From: an uncultured Gammaproteobacteria bacterium
GTDB taxonomy: Bacteria > Patescibacteriota > Microgenomatia > Levybacterales > GWA1-39-11
Direction: 5' to 3'
Length of the DNA stretch: 64,000 nucleotides
Assembly: GCA_964409875.1 (NCBI GenBank)
Contig: CAYPEN010000002.1
Location: forward strand, 65,067-129,066
The notes under the pieces are model-generated. The model was given only the letters and a program-made list of their open reading frames with translations, ran no database searches and was not told where the DNA came from. The stretch's first letter is position 1. Each line of letters opens with the position of its first letter. Below are positions 28,969 to 39,844 of the stretch, piece after piece. Position numbers and translations under genes: made by a program.

Positions 28969-29571
28969 ATGGAAGCTTTCCTGATTGGCATTATTATCAT
29001 CGTTTTTTCGGCTATTTTGCATGAAATTGCGCATGGATTTGTAGCCGACAAATTGGGTGACCCGACAGCACGAATTGCCGGGCGTCTCACACTTAACCCC
29101 CTCCCCCATTTAGACCCTATTATGAGTATCATTGTTCCATTTCTTTTGATTGCTTCAGGCTCACCTATAATTTTTGGTGGTGCAAAACCGGTACCTGTTA
29201 ACCCTCTTATGCTTCGTGAGGGAAGAAAAGATATTGCGCTTGTTGCACTTTCTGGGCCTATGACCAACCTTGCCATTGCAGTTATAGCAGCGCTCTTAGC
29301 CCATCTCACCTATTCTTCTCCCGATATTTACAGTATCCTTCGCCTCGTTGTGCGGTTCAATCTTATTTTGGGGTTTCTAAACCTTATTCCAATTCCTCCC
29401 CTTGACGGCTCAAAGTTTTTCTCCATTTTATTCCCTGAGAAAACTGCCCAACAATATCTTTCCCTTGCACCTTTTGGTATCTTTATTCTCTTCTTATTGC
29501 TTTTAGCAACGCCTTTAGGCGACATTTTAAGTCAGCTTATTCTTACTTCTATGCATCTTTTGGGAATGTAA
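28969..29571 (+). CDS. Site-2 protease family (M50) zinc metalloprotease
   Basis: HEIAHGFVADKLGD HExxH motif within TM helix; polytopic; ~200 aa SpoIVFB-like. Confidence 0.75.
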   Translation: MEAFLIGIIIIVFSAILHEIAHGFVADKLGDPTARIAGRLTLNPLPHLDPIMSIIVPFLLIASGSPIIFGGAKPVPVNPLMLREGRKDIALVALSGPMTNLAIAVIAALLAHLTYSSPDIYSILRLVVRFNLILGFLNLIPIPPLDGSKFFSILFPEKTAQQYLSLAPFGIFILFLLLLATPLGDILSQLILTSMHLLGM

Positions 29572-29617
29572 ATTGATATTGAATTTTTAATTTCAAACCC
29601 GTAGAATAACTTCTGGC

Positions 29618-30859
29618 ATGAAAATAACAGACATTCAATCACTCGAAATCCTTGATTCAAGAGGCAATCCCACTGTCAGAACTTTTGTAACTCTTGAGGA
29701 TGGCTCCGTACATGCTTCTTCCGTACCGTCAGGTGCCTCAACAGGCTCACATGAAGCAGTAGAACTCCGTGACGAAGATAAAAACCGATATATGGGTAAG
29801 GGCGTTCAAAAAGCGGTTGAGAATGTAAACACGGTCATCAAAGAGACAATTGTCGGCATGGAAGCAGACCCCAACTCGATAGATGACAAGATGCTTGCAA
29901 CAGACGGTACTTCCAACAAGGCAAAACTCGGTGCCAATGCTATTCTTTCAGTCTCTCAAGCCGTAGTTAAAGCAGCAGCTCATGCATCCGGTCAACCGTT
30001 ATGGAAATTTATGAACTCTTACTACTTCAATTCAAAACCTGTTGGGTTTCCTCAACTTTTGGTAAACATCGTAAATGGCGGCAAGCACGCCTCTTGGAAC
30101 TTTGACATCCAGGAGTTTATGGTTGTTCCTAACTCAAATACACCCTCAGAGTCGGTGAGAATTGCTGCCGAAATATTCCATTCCCTCGGGAAGGTTTTGA
30201 AAGAAAAAAAACTATCAACGCTTCTTGGGGATGAGGGTGGGTACTCTCCTCTGCTTTCTTCAAACGAAGAGGTATTGGAAACAATTGTTACAGCTGCATC
30301 AAACGCAGGATACGAGAATGTTACGGATTACCGGCTATCTCTTGATGTTGCCTCAACCGAATTCTACAAAGACGGCAAATACGAGCTCAAGAAACAAAAC
30401 AAATGGCTAACACCCGAAGAACTGACCGAATACTACTCCAAGATTGGCCAAGAATACAAAATTCTCTCTTTTGAGGATGCGTTTGCCGAAGACGACTGGG
30501 AAGCCTGGACAAAATTCACAACAATGGCTGAGAAGTTTCAATTCATAACCATCGGAGACGACCTTTTAGTCACTAATCCCGAAAGGATTAAGCGGGCAAT
30601 CGACGAAAAAGCAGCAAATGCGGTGCTGGTCAAAGTAAACCAAATCGGCTCAATTAAAGAGACTGCCGAGGCCATAAATATGAGTCACGCTGCAGGGTGG
30701 AAAACCGCAATCTCCCACCGCTCAGGCGAAACCGAAGACTCATTTATCGCAGACTTGGCCTTCGCTTGCGCTTCTGAATTTATAAAAACAGGCTCAATGT
30801 CCCGCTCGGAAAGACTCTCAAAATACAATAGATTGCTCGAAATCGAACAGGGTTTATAA
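29618..30859 (+). CDS. eno: Enolase
   Basis: N-terminus MKITDIQSLEILDSRGNPTV and C-terminal SHRSGETED motif. Confidence 0.97.
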   Translation: MKITDIQSLEILDSRGNPTVRTFVTLEDGSVHASSVPSGASTGSHEAVELRDEDKNRYMGKGVQKAVENVNTVIKETIVGMEADPNSIDDKMLATDGTSNKAKLGANAILSVSQAVVKAAAHASGQPLWKFMNSYYFNSKPVGFPQLLVNIVNGGKHASWNFDIQEFMVVPNSNTPSESVRIAAEIFHSLGKVLKEKKLSTLLGDEGGYSPLLSSNEEVLETIVTAASNAGYENVTDYRLSLDVASTEFYKDGKYELKKQNKWLTPEELTEYYSKIGQEYKILSFEDAFAEDDWEAWTKFTTMAEKFQFITIGDDLLVTNPERIKRAIDEKAANAVLVKVNQIGSIKETAEAINMSHAAGWKTAISHRSGETEDSFIADLAFACASEFIKTGSMSRSERLSKYNRLLEIEQGL

Positions 30860-30897
30860 TTGACTAAACCCTAAACGCTGTACATTAAACCTTATCT

Positions 30898-31527
30898 ATG
30901 GCTACGCTTGTTCTTGTCAGACATGGTAAAAGTGAATGGAATGAAAAAGGTCTTTGGACCGGCTGGCGCGATATTCCGCTTGCGCCTGTGGGCCATGATG
31001 AGGCAAGACGGACAGGTGAAGCGTTAACCGACATCAATTTTGATTATGCATATACATCAGCTCTTACACGCGCTCAGCAAACCCTCGATGACATTTTAAA
31101 GACAATCCATCAAACGCCTCCTATCACCAGAAATGAAGCCCTTAATGAACGAGACTATGGCGAGTACACCGAAAAAAACAAATGGGATATACAAAAAGAA
31201 GTCGGTGAGGAAGAATTTCAGAAAATCAGAAGAAGTTGGGATTACCCTCCTCCCAATGGCGAGTCATTAAAAATGGTATACGAGCGAGTACTCCCCTACT
31301 ACCTGTCTGAAATTGAACCAAAACTGAAAGAAGGAAAGAACGTTATCATTGCAGCTCACGGTAATTCTCTTCGCGCGTTAGTTAAGCACTTAGAGAATAT
31401 TTCCGATGAAGAAATTGCAAACCTAGAAATCGGGACCGGCGAGGCCTATATATACCATATCGATGAAAACGGCAAGGTTGTACATAAAGAAATTCGTGGA
31501 GAAAATGTAAATAAAGGAAAAGTCTAA
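30898..31527 (+). CDS. gpmA: 2,3-bisphosphoglycerate-dependent phosphoglycerate mutase
   Basis: LVRHGKSEWN catalytic-His motif, second His in IAAHGNSLRAL. Confidence 0.9.
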   Translation: MATLVLVRHGKSEWNEKGLWTGWRDIPLAPVGHDEARRTGEALTDINFDYAYTSALTRAQQTLDDILKTIHQTPPITRNEALNERDYGEYTEKNKWDIQKEVGEEEFQKIRRSWDYPPPNGESLKMVYERVLPYYLSEIEPKLKEGKNVIIAAHGNSLRALVKHLENISDEEIANLEIGTGEAYIYHIDENGKVVHKEIRGENVNKGKV

Positions 31528-31599
31528 TTTTCCAAAAAATTGCTTCAATTGTGATGAAAATCACGAATATTTTTCATACTCCTGTTGTATAATATTTAT

Positions 31600-32211
31600 A
31601 TGAAAATCATTGTGGGGCTTGGAAATCCGGGTGAAAAATACATCGGTACCAGACATAATATTGGATTTGAAACGCTTGATCACCTTCTTAAAAAATACGA
31701 ACCACTCAAAGAAAGCAGCTGGGAAAATAGCAAAAAGACAAAGTCACAAGTAAAAAAACTTACCATCAATAACATCCCTACTCTTCTAGCGCAGCCTCAA
31801 ACCTATATGAATAACAGTGGCATGGCTGTCAGCCTTTTACTTGATTACTACAAAGTCAAGCCTCAGGACCTTATTGTTATCCATGACGAACTCGATTTAC
31901 CGCTCGGAAAACTCCAAATACGCTTCGGGGGAGGTTCTGCCGGTCACAATGGAATTGAATCGATTATTGGCGCGCTTAAGACTGACAAATTCTTAAGAAT
32001 CAGGATGGGAATAGGAAAGCCAACTCGTATTGATAGTTCAAAATTTGAAGCAAAAAATCCTCATTCGGTTGATCAATATGTACTTCAACCTTTCCAAAAT
32101 GGGGAACGTCAAGAAGTAAGGACAATGATAAAACACGTACAGAAAAATCTTGAATTACTTCTCTCTCATGGAATTGAATCATTTATGAGCAAGTATAATG
32201 TGAAAGCGTAA
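31600..32211 (+). CDS. pth: Peptidyl-tRNA hydrolase
   Basis: MKIIVGLGNPGEKYIGTRHNIGF; ATG at 31600 chosen over the TTG-initiated track ORF; TATAAT hexamer at 31588-31593. Confidence 0.9.
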   Translation: MKIIVGLGNPGEKYIGTRHNIGFETLDHLLKKYEPLKESSWENSKKTKSQVKKLTINNIPTLLAQPQTYMNNSGMAVSLLLDYYKVKPQDLIVIHDELDLPLGKLQIRFGGGSAGHNGIESIIGALKTDKFLRIRMGIGKPTRIDSSKFEAKNPHSVDQYVLQPFQNGERQEVRTMIKHVQKNLELLLSHGIESFMSKYNVKA

Positions 32212-32247
32212 CGTTAAAATTCACCGCTTATCACTCTAAACACCAGG

Positions 32248-34197
32248 CTATGGATTCACTTCCTGCCATTTGGTGTATGAGGTCTTGTAAAAGTCTGTCA
32301 GCTGAGTAATAAAGTCGGGCCGTGAGGCAACAAAAAGCGACGGATAGGTTGTGCTGTTTGCACAGACACTTCTCTTGTTCTGTATTGTCCCCGTACCGAT
32401 AGTAGAAAACGGCTTGAGAGAATTAGATATCAATGCCCCTCCTACATTTAGCCGAAGGTCAGGTGTGGTACCGTCGGGACAGGTATCACCGTCAAGTATA
32501 ATGCTTCCTTGCGCCGTATAGTATCCGTCCAGACTATGAGTATTTGCCGTACCAAGCACATAATCTGTGTTGTAGGCAACTCCAACAGCTTTTGCTACCG
32601 TAATATTTCCTTTTGCAGCTAAAATAAATACTCCCTGATTTTGCGCAATTACAATAGGAGTATTAATTGTCACATTCCCATCAACCAATAGAACGACTCT
32701 CCTACCGTTGACGTGGTTGTAGAGATTGATTGTTAAGTCACCGGCAGCCTCATACACCCCACTCCCGGTGATTTGAGTCTGATCGAATGTGCCGGTTGCA
32801 ATTTGAGTAACCGTGGTTCCAAGCTGGCTTGCCTTGGACTTGTAGAAGTCGTACGACATGCCTCCATTACGGTTTTCCGTATCTGCATTATATGAATATT
32901 CGTTGTTAATAACCCAATTTTTTTGTGACGCAGTCCCAAATCCCAAATTTGCATTGCTATTGGAAGAGTAATAAATACCCGGATATGTTGTATCTATTGA
33001 TCCTAATTTGCCGGTAGGAACGGGATTGGTAAGGTTCAAAAATCTTACATCCCCCTTATCCGTCTGGAACCAGGGATTAATAGGGGCAATACAAAAAGTA
33101 GCGGTTGCATTTGCCGACAATGGGCTGAAGCTTATCGGGTTATTTCCAGGAATGGATTGAACCCCATTCAGCGCAGTACCTGTAAGAGTATAACCGGAAG
33201 GAACAGAGACTGTAAGTTGATAATTTCCACCCGATATACAGGTAAATGAAGCCTGACCGCTTGCAGGGTTTGTAGTTTGATTTTGATTCACTGACCCTCC
33301 GTTGAGATTGAGCCTTGCGCCATTTCCAACCCCATCGTTGTATGCCGTTCCATCTGTAGGAGCACACGAGCTAGTAGTCGTCACGGAACGGACATTAGTC
33401 GTTATTGTATAGGTAGCAGGAACGGTAATGTTGGCACTATAGTTCGTTGAACCTCCAGGACCGGCTACGGTTACCTGTGGAGCATATGTTTTTTGAGCGT
33501 CAGGACAGTTGGGAGCTGTCCATGTAACTGTCGAGCTGGTGGGGGTATCTGTTTGCCCAGAAACTGTAGGTGGCGGATTATTTCCATTGGTGTCCGGATT
33601 CCATACCGGCCCCGGAGGCGGAAGATTGATATCAGTACATGATGTGACTGATAAAGTCGCAGTACCTCCCGGTTGGACATTTAAAGAAGTGGAACTCATT
33701 CCTCCCGTACATGCAGGTGGAGGAACGAGTTGGATTCCAAAATTCACAACCGAATTAGGGCCAATAGTAACTGAACGTGGATTTGCCGTGGTTGCCTGAT
33801 ATCCGCTCGGGACTGTGAGAGTAACGCTGTATGTTCCCGCCACCATTGATGCTCTGGAATAATTACCGGCAGCATTTGTAAACGTATCTACTCCTCCCAC
33901 ATTAACAGTTGCATTATTGTAGCCGCTTTCCCCTACATCTTTAAATCCGTTTCCGTTTGTATCCACATAAACATTTCCAGAGATTGTATATGTCGGATTA
34001 CAAAGGCCAGTCCCGTTATTGCATCCACCTGCGCAAGGCAAACAAGAGGTTCCAGAACAAGTATTTCCCGAGCAAGACTGGCCACCCGAACAAAAAGGGG
34101 CAATAGGAAAGCAGTATTGAGCCTCTATTTTTACTGGTAGTGCCAACAGAAGCCAAACTGTGCCTATATAAAGAAGTACTATTACTCCTCTTTTCAT
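32248..34197 (-). CDS. Secreted protein with N-terminal Cys-rich module and SdrD-B/Cna-B-like beta domain
   Basis: Signal peptide; cluster of ~14 Cys in first 70 mature residues; TISGNVYVDTNGNGFKD segment resembling SdrD B-type domain. Confidence 0.55.
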   Translation of the reverse strand: MKRGVIVLLYIGTVWLLLALPVKIEAQYCFPIAPFCSGGQSCSGNTCSGTSCLPCAGGCNNGTGLCNPTYTISGNVYVDTNGNGFKDVGESGYNNATVNVGGVDTFTNAAGNYSRASMVAGTYSVTLTVPSGYQATTANPRSVTIGPNSVVNFGIQLVPPPACTGGMSSTSLNVQPGGTATLSVTSCTDINLPPPGPVWNPDTNGNNPPPTVSGQTDTPTSSTVTWTAPNCPDAQKTYAPQVTVAGPGGSTNYSANITVPATYTITTNVRSVTTTSSCAPTDGTAYNDGVGNGARLNLNGGSVNQNQTTNPASGQASFTCISGGNYQLTVSVPSGYTLTGTALNGVQSIPGNNPISFSPLSANATATFCIAPINPWFQTDKGDVRFLNLTNPVPTGKLGSIDTTYPGIYYSSNSNANLGFGTASQKNWVINNEYSYNADTENRNGGMSYDFYKSKASQLGTTVTQIATGTFDQTQITGSGVYEAAGDLTINLYNHVNGRRVVLLVDGNVTINTPIVIAQNQGVFILAAKGNITVAKAVGVAYNTDYVLGTANTHSLDGYYTAQGSIILDGDTCPDGTTPDLRLNVGGALISNSLKPFSTIGTGTIQNKRSVCANSTTYPSLFVASRPDFITQLTDFYKTSYTKWQEVNP

Positions 34198-34305
34198 ATC
34201 AATTTACTTATCCTTCCCACTAAATTAATAGTAGGCAACTTAATAAGCCTTGTCAATGAACTTAATTGACATTATCAAGCTACCAACGTATTATGTGAAC
34301 ATAAT

Positions 34306-35112
34306 ATGAAAAAAGGCGGCAGGAATTATTTTTCGTTTGTCAAAAAGCTGCGGTTTGTTGATTACCTACTAATTATTATTTTTCTTCTGATGCTTGTGTT
34401 GTTCTATAGATTTATACGGCGCGAGCAAGTTTGGGTCAATGCAACTGCTCTATCTTACTCAAATATTTTCCAGACAAGCGTCATTCATAAAGGTGATTTT
34501 GAAACAGATTCATCAGGAAAGAAAATCGCTGTCGTTGAAGATGTGGAATCAGTTGACACCCCACCACTTAATGGCAACCAGTTCCAAAATAAAATTTTAA
34601 TTCTTCGAGTCAAAATGCTTGCAGATCAAAGCAAAAGAACAAGTCAAATCCAATATAAAAATCAACCGCTAGGTGTAAGCTCTCAGGTTCAATTTAATTT
34701 CAATTCATCTATCGTTCAAGGTTATATTTCTGAAATAGAAGGAAGCGAAACCTCAAGAAAATATGAAACTAAATTGTTAACTGTAATACTTTACAACCAA
34801 TGGCCTTGGTTTGCTGATGCAATTAAAGTTGGCTCTACTGCGACAGATTCAAATGGGGAAAAAATTGTGGAGGTTCTTTCTAAAGATAGCTCGCCAACTC
34901 AGGTAGTAAATACAACCGCCACCGGAGAAGTTATGGAACTTATCGGTTCATCAAAGGTAGACATTACGCTTCATATCAGAACAAAGCTTCAAAAAACCAA
35001 CGAAGGATATATTTTCTTAGGATACAATAACGTCCTCGTAGGCAAACCCATCTCATTTGCATTGGATAATGTACAAATAAGTAACGCCGTTGTAACTACA
35101 ATAGAAAAATAG
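34306..35112 (+). CDS. Hypothetical membrane-anchored protein
   Basis: Single N-terminal TM; stop abuts start of next gene (operon). Confidence 0.45.
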   Translation: MKKGGRNYFSFVKKLRFVDYLLIIIFLLMLVLFYRFIRREQVWVNATALSYSNIFQTSVIHKGDFETDSSGKKIAVVEDVESVDTPPLNGNQFQNKILILRVKMLADQSKRTSQIQYKNQPLGVSSQVQFNFNSSIVQGYISEIEGSETSRKYETKLLTVILYNQWPWFADAIKVGSTATDSNGEKIVEVLSKDSSPTQVVNTTATGEVMELIGSSKVDITLHIRTKLQKTNEGYIFLGYNNVLVGKPISFALDNVQISNAVVTTIEK

Positions 35113-35114
35113 CT

Positions 35115-36659
35115 ATGCTCCAAAGCTATCTATTCTCAAACATTAAGAATGCTCTATCAAAAAGCTATTTCCTAAATTTTTTGATTAATCAGGTTGATGT
35201 TAAAGAAGAATTAAAATATGAAAGTGTAATTATAGACTCGTTTTATAAGCCAATAGTACATATAAATTCACTCCTCGACAGGATTGCAAATCATACTTAT
35301 ATAAAAGCTTTATCCAGACGAATTGACCTCAAATCAGTAGTCATTTTTGTTTTTATCGTAAGCCAAGTCCTCTTCCCCGGCTATGGGACTGAAAACACCG
35401 GTACCGCTCTTCTTCCTGGAAGCCCAGTGGGTAGTGTTGCTAACAGGTCAGGTTTTGTACTAAATTTACTTGTTTTTTTTATCACCCTTTCATCTCTTGG
35501 TATAATCTTTTTGAAAGATATAACAAAAAATTCAAAAGCTTTCAGGTTATCTAAATTTGATGTTCTGATATTAATTTTTATTTTAAGTATTGCTGTCTCA
35601 TCTATTTTTAGCGTTTACCCCAATATTACATTTACCTGGTTCCTTAAAGTTCTACGAGGAATTTCAATGTATTTTATTTTCTCAAGGCTAATCATCAAAA
35701 AAGGTCATACCCTTACTATCTGCCTTGCATTTCTTTCTATAATCTATATTGAATCCTTTCTTGCCATTTTCCAATATATACATGGTGGTTTTGTCGGCCT
35801 TCCAATTGAAACAGCACAGAATGCAGCCAGCCCAAATCAACTTTATGCTTTTATTGATTTTCCGGTTTTTCGACCCACTGGAACTTTATCACAAGCAAAT
35901 ATATTAACCTTCATATTGGCTTTGGCAGCACCATTTTCTGTATTCTTCATAATCTCTGATAAGTTTATTTACAAAATTTTAGGAATTGTGGCGCTCTTAC
36001 TAAGTGTTTGCATATCTATTATCTCATTATCGAGATGGGGATTTCTAACTTTAATATTTAGTTTGTTCTTATCTTTGTCGTTTTTATTCTTTAGAAAAAT
36101 CATTAGGTCGAAAATAAATTGGGGCATAAGGATTTTATCTGTCTTAACCATCGCAATCATTACTTTATTTTCTTTCCAGTACCTATTTGTATCGAGATTT
36201 GCTTATTTTTCTTTTGTAGATTCAAGCTTCACCGCAAGAATGCAGCTCATAACTCAAGCTTTGTATGTATTTAGTCATAACGTTCTATTTGGAATAGGTG
36301 GCAAAAATTTCTCAACATACCTAATAAGTCATGACTTTACACCACTACATATTTCTTCTACTTTTCCTGCGCCTGTTCACAACCTATATTTTCTCTTGCT
36401 CTCTGAAAATGGACTTCTAACAACTATTCTTTTTATTATTTCATCTATATATCTAGTAACCACTATTTTTAATACTGTAGGAAAGGTCAAGATAATCACT
36501 AACTTACCTGCAATATTCATACTTACACTATTAGCCTCCATCGTTACTTATCTGTTTAATGGCTTATGGGAGTTAAGATTTCTCGATGAACATTTGATTA
36601 TTATATACTGGATGATGATAGGAATATGCTTTAATCGTTCTCCCCTACTCAACAACTGA
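35115..36659 (+). CDS. O-antigen ligase/polymerase family (Wzy_C) membrane protein
   Basis: Polytopic; Wzy_C-like loop (ISLSRWGFLTLIFSLFLS). Confidence 0.7.
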   Translation: MLQSYLFSNIKNALSKSYFLNFLINQVDVKEELKYESVIIDSFYKPIVHINSLLDRIANHTYIKALSRRIDLKSVVIFVFIVSQVLFPGYGTENTGTALLPGSPVGSVANRSGFVLNLLVFFITLSSLGIIFLKDITKNSKAFRLSKFDVLILIFILSIAVSSIFSVYPNITFTWFLKVLRGISMYFIFSRLIIKKGHTLTICLAFLSIIYIESFLAIFQYIHGGFVGLPIETAQNAASPNQLYAFIDFPVFRPTGTLSQANILTFILALAAPFSVFFIISDKFIYKILGIVALLLSVCISIISLSRWGFLTLIFSLFLSLSFLFFRKIIRSKINWGIRILSVLTIAIITLFSFQYLFVSRFAYFSFVDSSFTARMQLITQALYVFSHNVLFGIGGKNFSTYLISHDFTPLHISSTFPAPVHNLYFLLLSENGLLTTILFIISSIYLVTTIFNTVGKVKIITNLPAIFILTLLASIVTYLFNGLWELRFLDEHLIIIYWMMIGICFNRSPLLNN

Positions 36660-37562
36660 TGCATACATTTTCCCCATAAAATATACAACTTCTTGAAGGA
36701 AATAGAGAAAGCTTAGTTTTAAAACATTTATATAACTATTCTCTTTTGAAGCGTATAAGAAAAAGCTATCTACTCTACTTGTCCACCATAACGATTTTCT
36801 TTGAGGAAAATAACTTTTGGACCATAATTTTTGAGTCTTCTTAGTTTCAATACCCGAAAAAAATTTCTGTTTCATAAATGCCCAAATCGTTTCTCTTTCC
36901 CAGTGATAAACTTTTATAAAAGAACAAAAACCTATTATTTTATTTCTGGATAATATTTGTTTTGAAAATTCAAGATCCTCTGCATGCTTGAAGCTGGTAT
37001 TAAAAGTAAGACCAATTTTTTTTAATTCTTTAAAATTAAAAGATACATTTCTAGTATCAAGAAACAAAGAATAAAAATATTTGTTATTTTTATTTATTAA
37101 GTCTGCATGAGAGATTCCATTCTCTCCATAATAAATATTATCCCTATAAACTTGCTCTCTTATATTTGTAACGACTATGCTAATTGGCGAATTTCGAGGG
37201 CGACTCACTACCCAGCCTTGGATTGCTAGAAATTGTGGAAACTGTCTGTGTGATTTCTTAATATTTTCTGTCCACGTAGAAAAAGCCTCACAGTCATCAT
37301 CAATAAAAGCCAAAATTGAACATTTTGCGACCTTTAAAACTCTATTTCTTGCATTGGCTCGTCCCACTTGATGCTCAACTAAAAAATCAATTTCCAGTCT
37401 ATTTTTAAATGAATCTATAATTTCCTGAGTTTCATCAGTTGAATTATTGTCAACTATTAAAACATTAAAAGTATTGTCTATTTGTCGGGTTAACGACTCC
37501 AAACACCTTCTTAATTTGTATGCCCTATTTCTAGTTATTATCGCGATTGTTAAATCATTCAT
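36645..37562 (-). CDS. Glycosyltransferase family 2
   Basis: IAIITRNR...VDNNSTDET...FIDDDCEA: GT-A fold DxD signature. Confidence 0.8.
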   Translation of the reverse strand: MNDLTIAIITRNRAYKLRRCLESLTRQIDNTFNVLIVDNNSTDETQEIIDSFKNRLEIDFLVEHQVGRANARNRVLKVAKCSILAFIDDDCEAFSTWTENIKKSHRQFPQFLAIQGWVVSRPRNSPISIVVTNIREQVYRDNIYYGENGISHADLINKNNKYFYSLFLDTRNVSFNFKELKKIGLTFNTSFKHAEDLEFSKQILSRNKIIGFCSFIKVYHWERETIWAFMKQKFFSGIETKKTQKLWSKSYFPQRKSLWWTSRVDSFFLYASKENSYINVLKLSFLYFLQEVVYFMGKMYASVVE

Positions 37563-38999
37563 TTAATATCCAACTGATCGTAGATTTTCCAGCACTATAT
37601 CTCTATCTTCTTTAATTTCTGCCATATTACCCTTTAATTTCTCTTTTTTTGATTTTTTATAAAAGTCTAACCTTTTATCATTTAAACGTGAAATAATTAC
37701 ATCTAATTCTCTCTTTAAATCTTCTGCAAGACCACTCTTTTTAATTACTAGATTATCTTTCTCATCTGGATCTTTTCCCAAATCAAACATCTCATAATTA
37801 CAATTTAAACGACCTCTATTAGGCATTAATGAATAGAGATATTTTCTATTTCCACTTAAAGTTTCGATAAATTTATAATTACCTTTTCTTATTCCTCTTC
37901 TACGAGTATTTGCTGGAAAGTTAATTTTTCGATAGGTTAAATCTTCAAAAAAGGATGTTTCCCTCAATGGCTTATCTTTTATTAATAAAGGGATTAAGGA
38001 TTTGCCATCGATCTTTTTAGTATCATAACCTATCCCACAAAAATCTAATATAGTCGGGTAATTATCTATTAGTTGTACCTGAGACTTTATCTTTTTTGGA
38101 TTTAGAGTCTTGCTCATGAATATCAACGGAACTCTTAATACATCTTCATAAAGATTTTCATGATTAAACGGTATATCATGTTCATGCAGATTTTCTCCAT
38201 GATCTGCCATAAATATAATTAACGAATTATCATAACTGTTTGTCTCTTTCAGAAAACGTATAAATCTACCCATCTCTTTATCAATAAAATTAACTTCAGC
38301 ATTATACGTTGCTTCAATATTATCTTTAAGATATGACTTCAAACCTCTTGGTTTTGTATGTGGAGAATGAGCATCCCACAAATGCATATATAAAAAGAGC
38401 TTATTTTTTTTATTTTTTTTGAGTATTTTAATTGCCTCATCAATTATTAAATTTGCTGAATCGTATGGAATTTGTGGATTAGGGAAAAATGCATAATAAA
38501 AACGAATAAAAATTTCTCTTTTCAAAAATTTAACAGCTATCTTATCCAGTATTCGTAAAATTAGAGGAAAAGGAAGTTTATCAAATATGGGATATGTCTT
38601 TCCTTTACCCGTCTTAAGCCTTCCCGAATAATAATCAAACCCTCTTTTATGCCATCTGCCCAACCAGTCAATTGCGGCTGTCCTATATCCGTTTTTTTGA
38701 AAAATTTCAGATAAAAAAATAGCATTATCTAATGCTTTTTCTTCCTCTGATGATATATGAAACCCATGGTTTATCAACCCAAGTCTTAGCGGATACAAAC
38801 CACTCATTGTCGAGCTAATTGAAGGATCCGTTGCTGTAATAGTAGTATATGCATTAAGAAAAACTACACCCTCGCTACCAAACTTATCGATATTTGGTGT
38901 TGGTGATGGTTTTGCTCCATATAATCCAACGTTTTTCGCCCTTAATGTATCGGCTATTACGAGAATAACTTTATCGAATTTATACTTTTTCCTACTCAT
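37563..38999 (-). CDS. Sulfatase-like alkaline-phosphatase-superfamily enzyme
   Basis: N-terminal ILVIADTLRAKNVGLYG...PNIDKF metal-binding region typical of sulfatase/phosphotransferase fold; canonical CxPxR not evident. Confidence 0.7.
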   Translation of the reverse strand: MSRKKYKFDKVILVIADTLRAKNVGLYGAKPSPTPNIDKFGSEGVVFLNAYTTITATDPSISSTMSGLYPLRLGLINHGFHISSEEEKALDNAIFLSEIFQKNGYRTAAIDWLGRWHKRGFDYYSGRLKTGKGKTYPIFDKLPFPLILRILDKIAVKFLKREIFIRFYYAFFPNPQIPYDSANLIIDEAIKILKKNKKNKLFLYMHLWDAHSPHTKPRGLKSYLKDNIEATYNAEVNFIDKEMGRFIRFLKETNSYDNSLIIFMADHGENLHEHDIPFNHENLYEDVLRVPLIFMSKTLNPKKIKSQVQLIDNYPTILDFCGIGYDTKKIDGKSLIPLLIKDKPLRETSFFEDLTYRKINFPANTRRRGIRKGNYKFIETLSGNRKYLYSLMPNRGRLNCNYEMFDLGKDPDEKDNLVIKKSGLAEDLKRELDVIISRLNDKRLDFYKKSKKEKLKGNMAEIKEDRDIVLENLRSVGY

Positions 39000-39014
39000 T
39001 TTGAGGTAATTCTA

Positions 39015-39758
39015 TCATAGTTGTTTTAATAGATGGAGCGGTATTCTAACCAAAAAGATGGTATTTCCTAATAAATACCGTTTCCACATACGTCTTGGTT
39101 CTTTATAAAATCTATAAAGCCATTCGAGCCCATTTGATGTCATTATTTTAGGTGCCCTAGGGACAACACCGGCAATTATATCTATTGAGCCACCTATACC
39201 AAAAAATGCATTAGCTTCAATTTTATTTTTATATTTCTCTATCCATACTTCTTGCATTGGTGTCCCCATCGCAACAAAAAGAATTTTGGGTTTTATTTTG
39301 TTGATGTCAGCTATAATTTGCTTTGTCTCATTTTTAGAAAAATATCCATGATGGCCATAAATTTTTAGGCTAGGAAACGTAGTTTTTAAATTTCTTAGAG
39401 CTTTTTCGGATACCTCTTCTCTACCTCCCAACAAGTATATTCTCCATTTTTTCTTCTCACATGTCTTAAAAACATTGAAAATAAAATCCATTAAAGTTGT
39501 TTTTCCTTTTAAAGGATTTCCTAGTATTCTGGAAGTTAAAACAGTAGCTATCCCCTCTGGATAGACGAAAGTTGCATTATTTAGCGCTTGTCGATAAGTA
39601 GGGTCTTTATAATAAAAGTTAATTGAATGAGAATTGGCACCATATACTGTTACTTTTTTATCGAGGCTTATGAGTCCAAAAATTATTGGAACTACATTCA
39701 TGAGGGTTACATTTGCAACGTCTACACCTAAAATATTTTTTGTGTCATATCTCAACAT
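39015..39758 (-). CDS. WecB/TagA/CpsF family glycosyltransferase (GT26)
   Basis: ILFVAMGTPMQEVWI...FGIGGSIDIIAGVVPRAP...WLYRFYKEPRRMWKRY: family-specific C-terminal motifs. Confidence 0.85.
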   Translation of the reverse strand: MLRYDTKNILGVDVANVTLMNVVPIIFGLISLDKKVTVYGANSHSINFYYKDPTYRQALNNATFVYPEGIATVLTSRILGNPLKGKTTLMDFIFNVFKTCEKKKWRIYLLGGREEVSEKALRNLKTTFPSLKIYGHHGYFSKNETKQIIADINKIKPKILFVAMGTPMQEVWIEKYKNKIEANAFFGIGGSIDIIAGVVPRAPKIMTSNGLEWLYRFYKEPRRMWKRYLLGNTIFLVRIPLHLLKQL

Positions 39759-39844
39759 ATGATCTGATTTGCTATAAATTTACAATCTTACAGAATTTTA
39801 AACTTAATACTTTATACTAGAATCTTATACTTTCCATTTTATAC

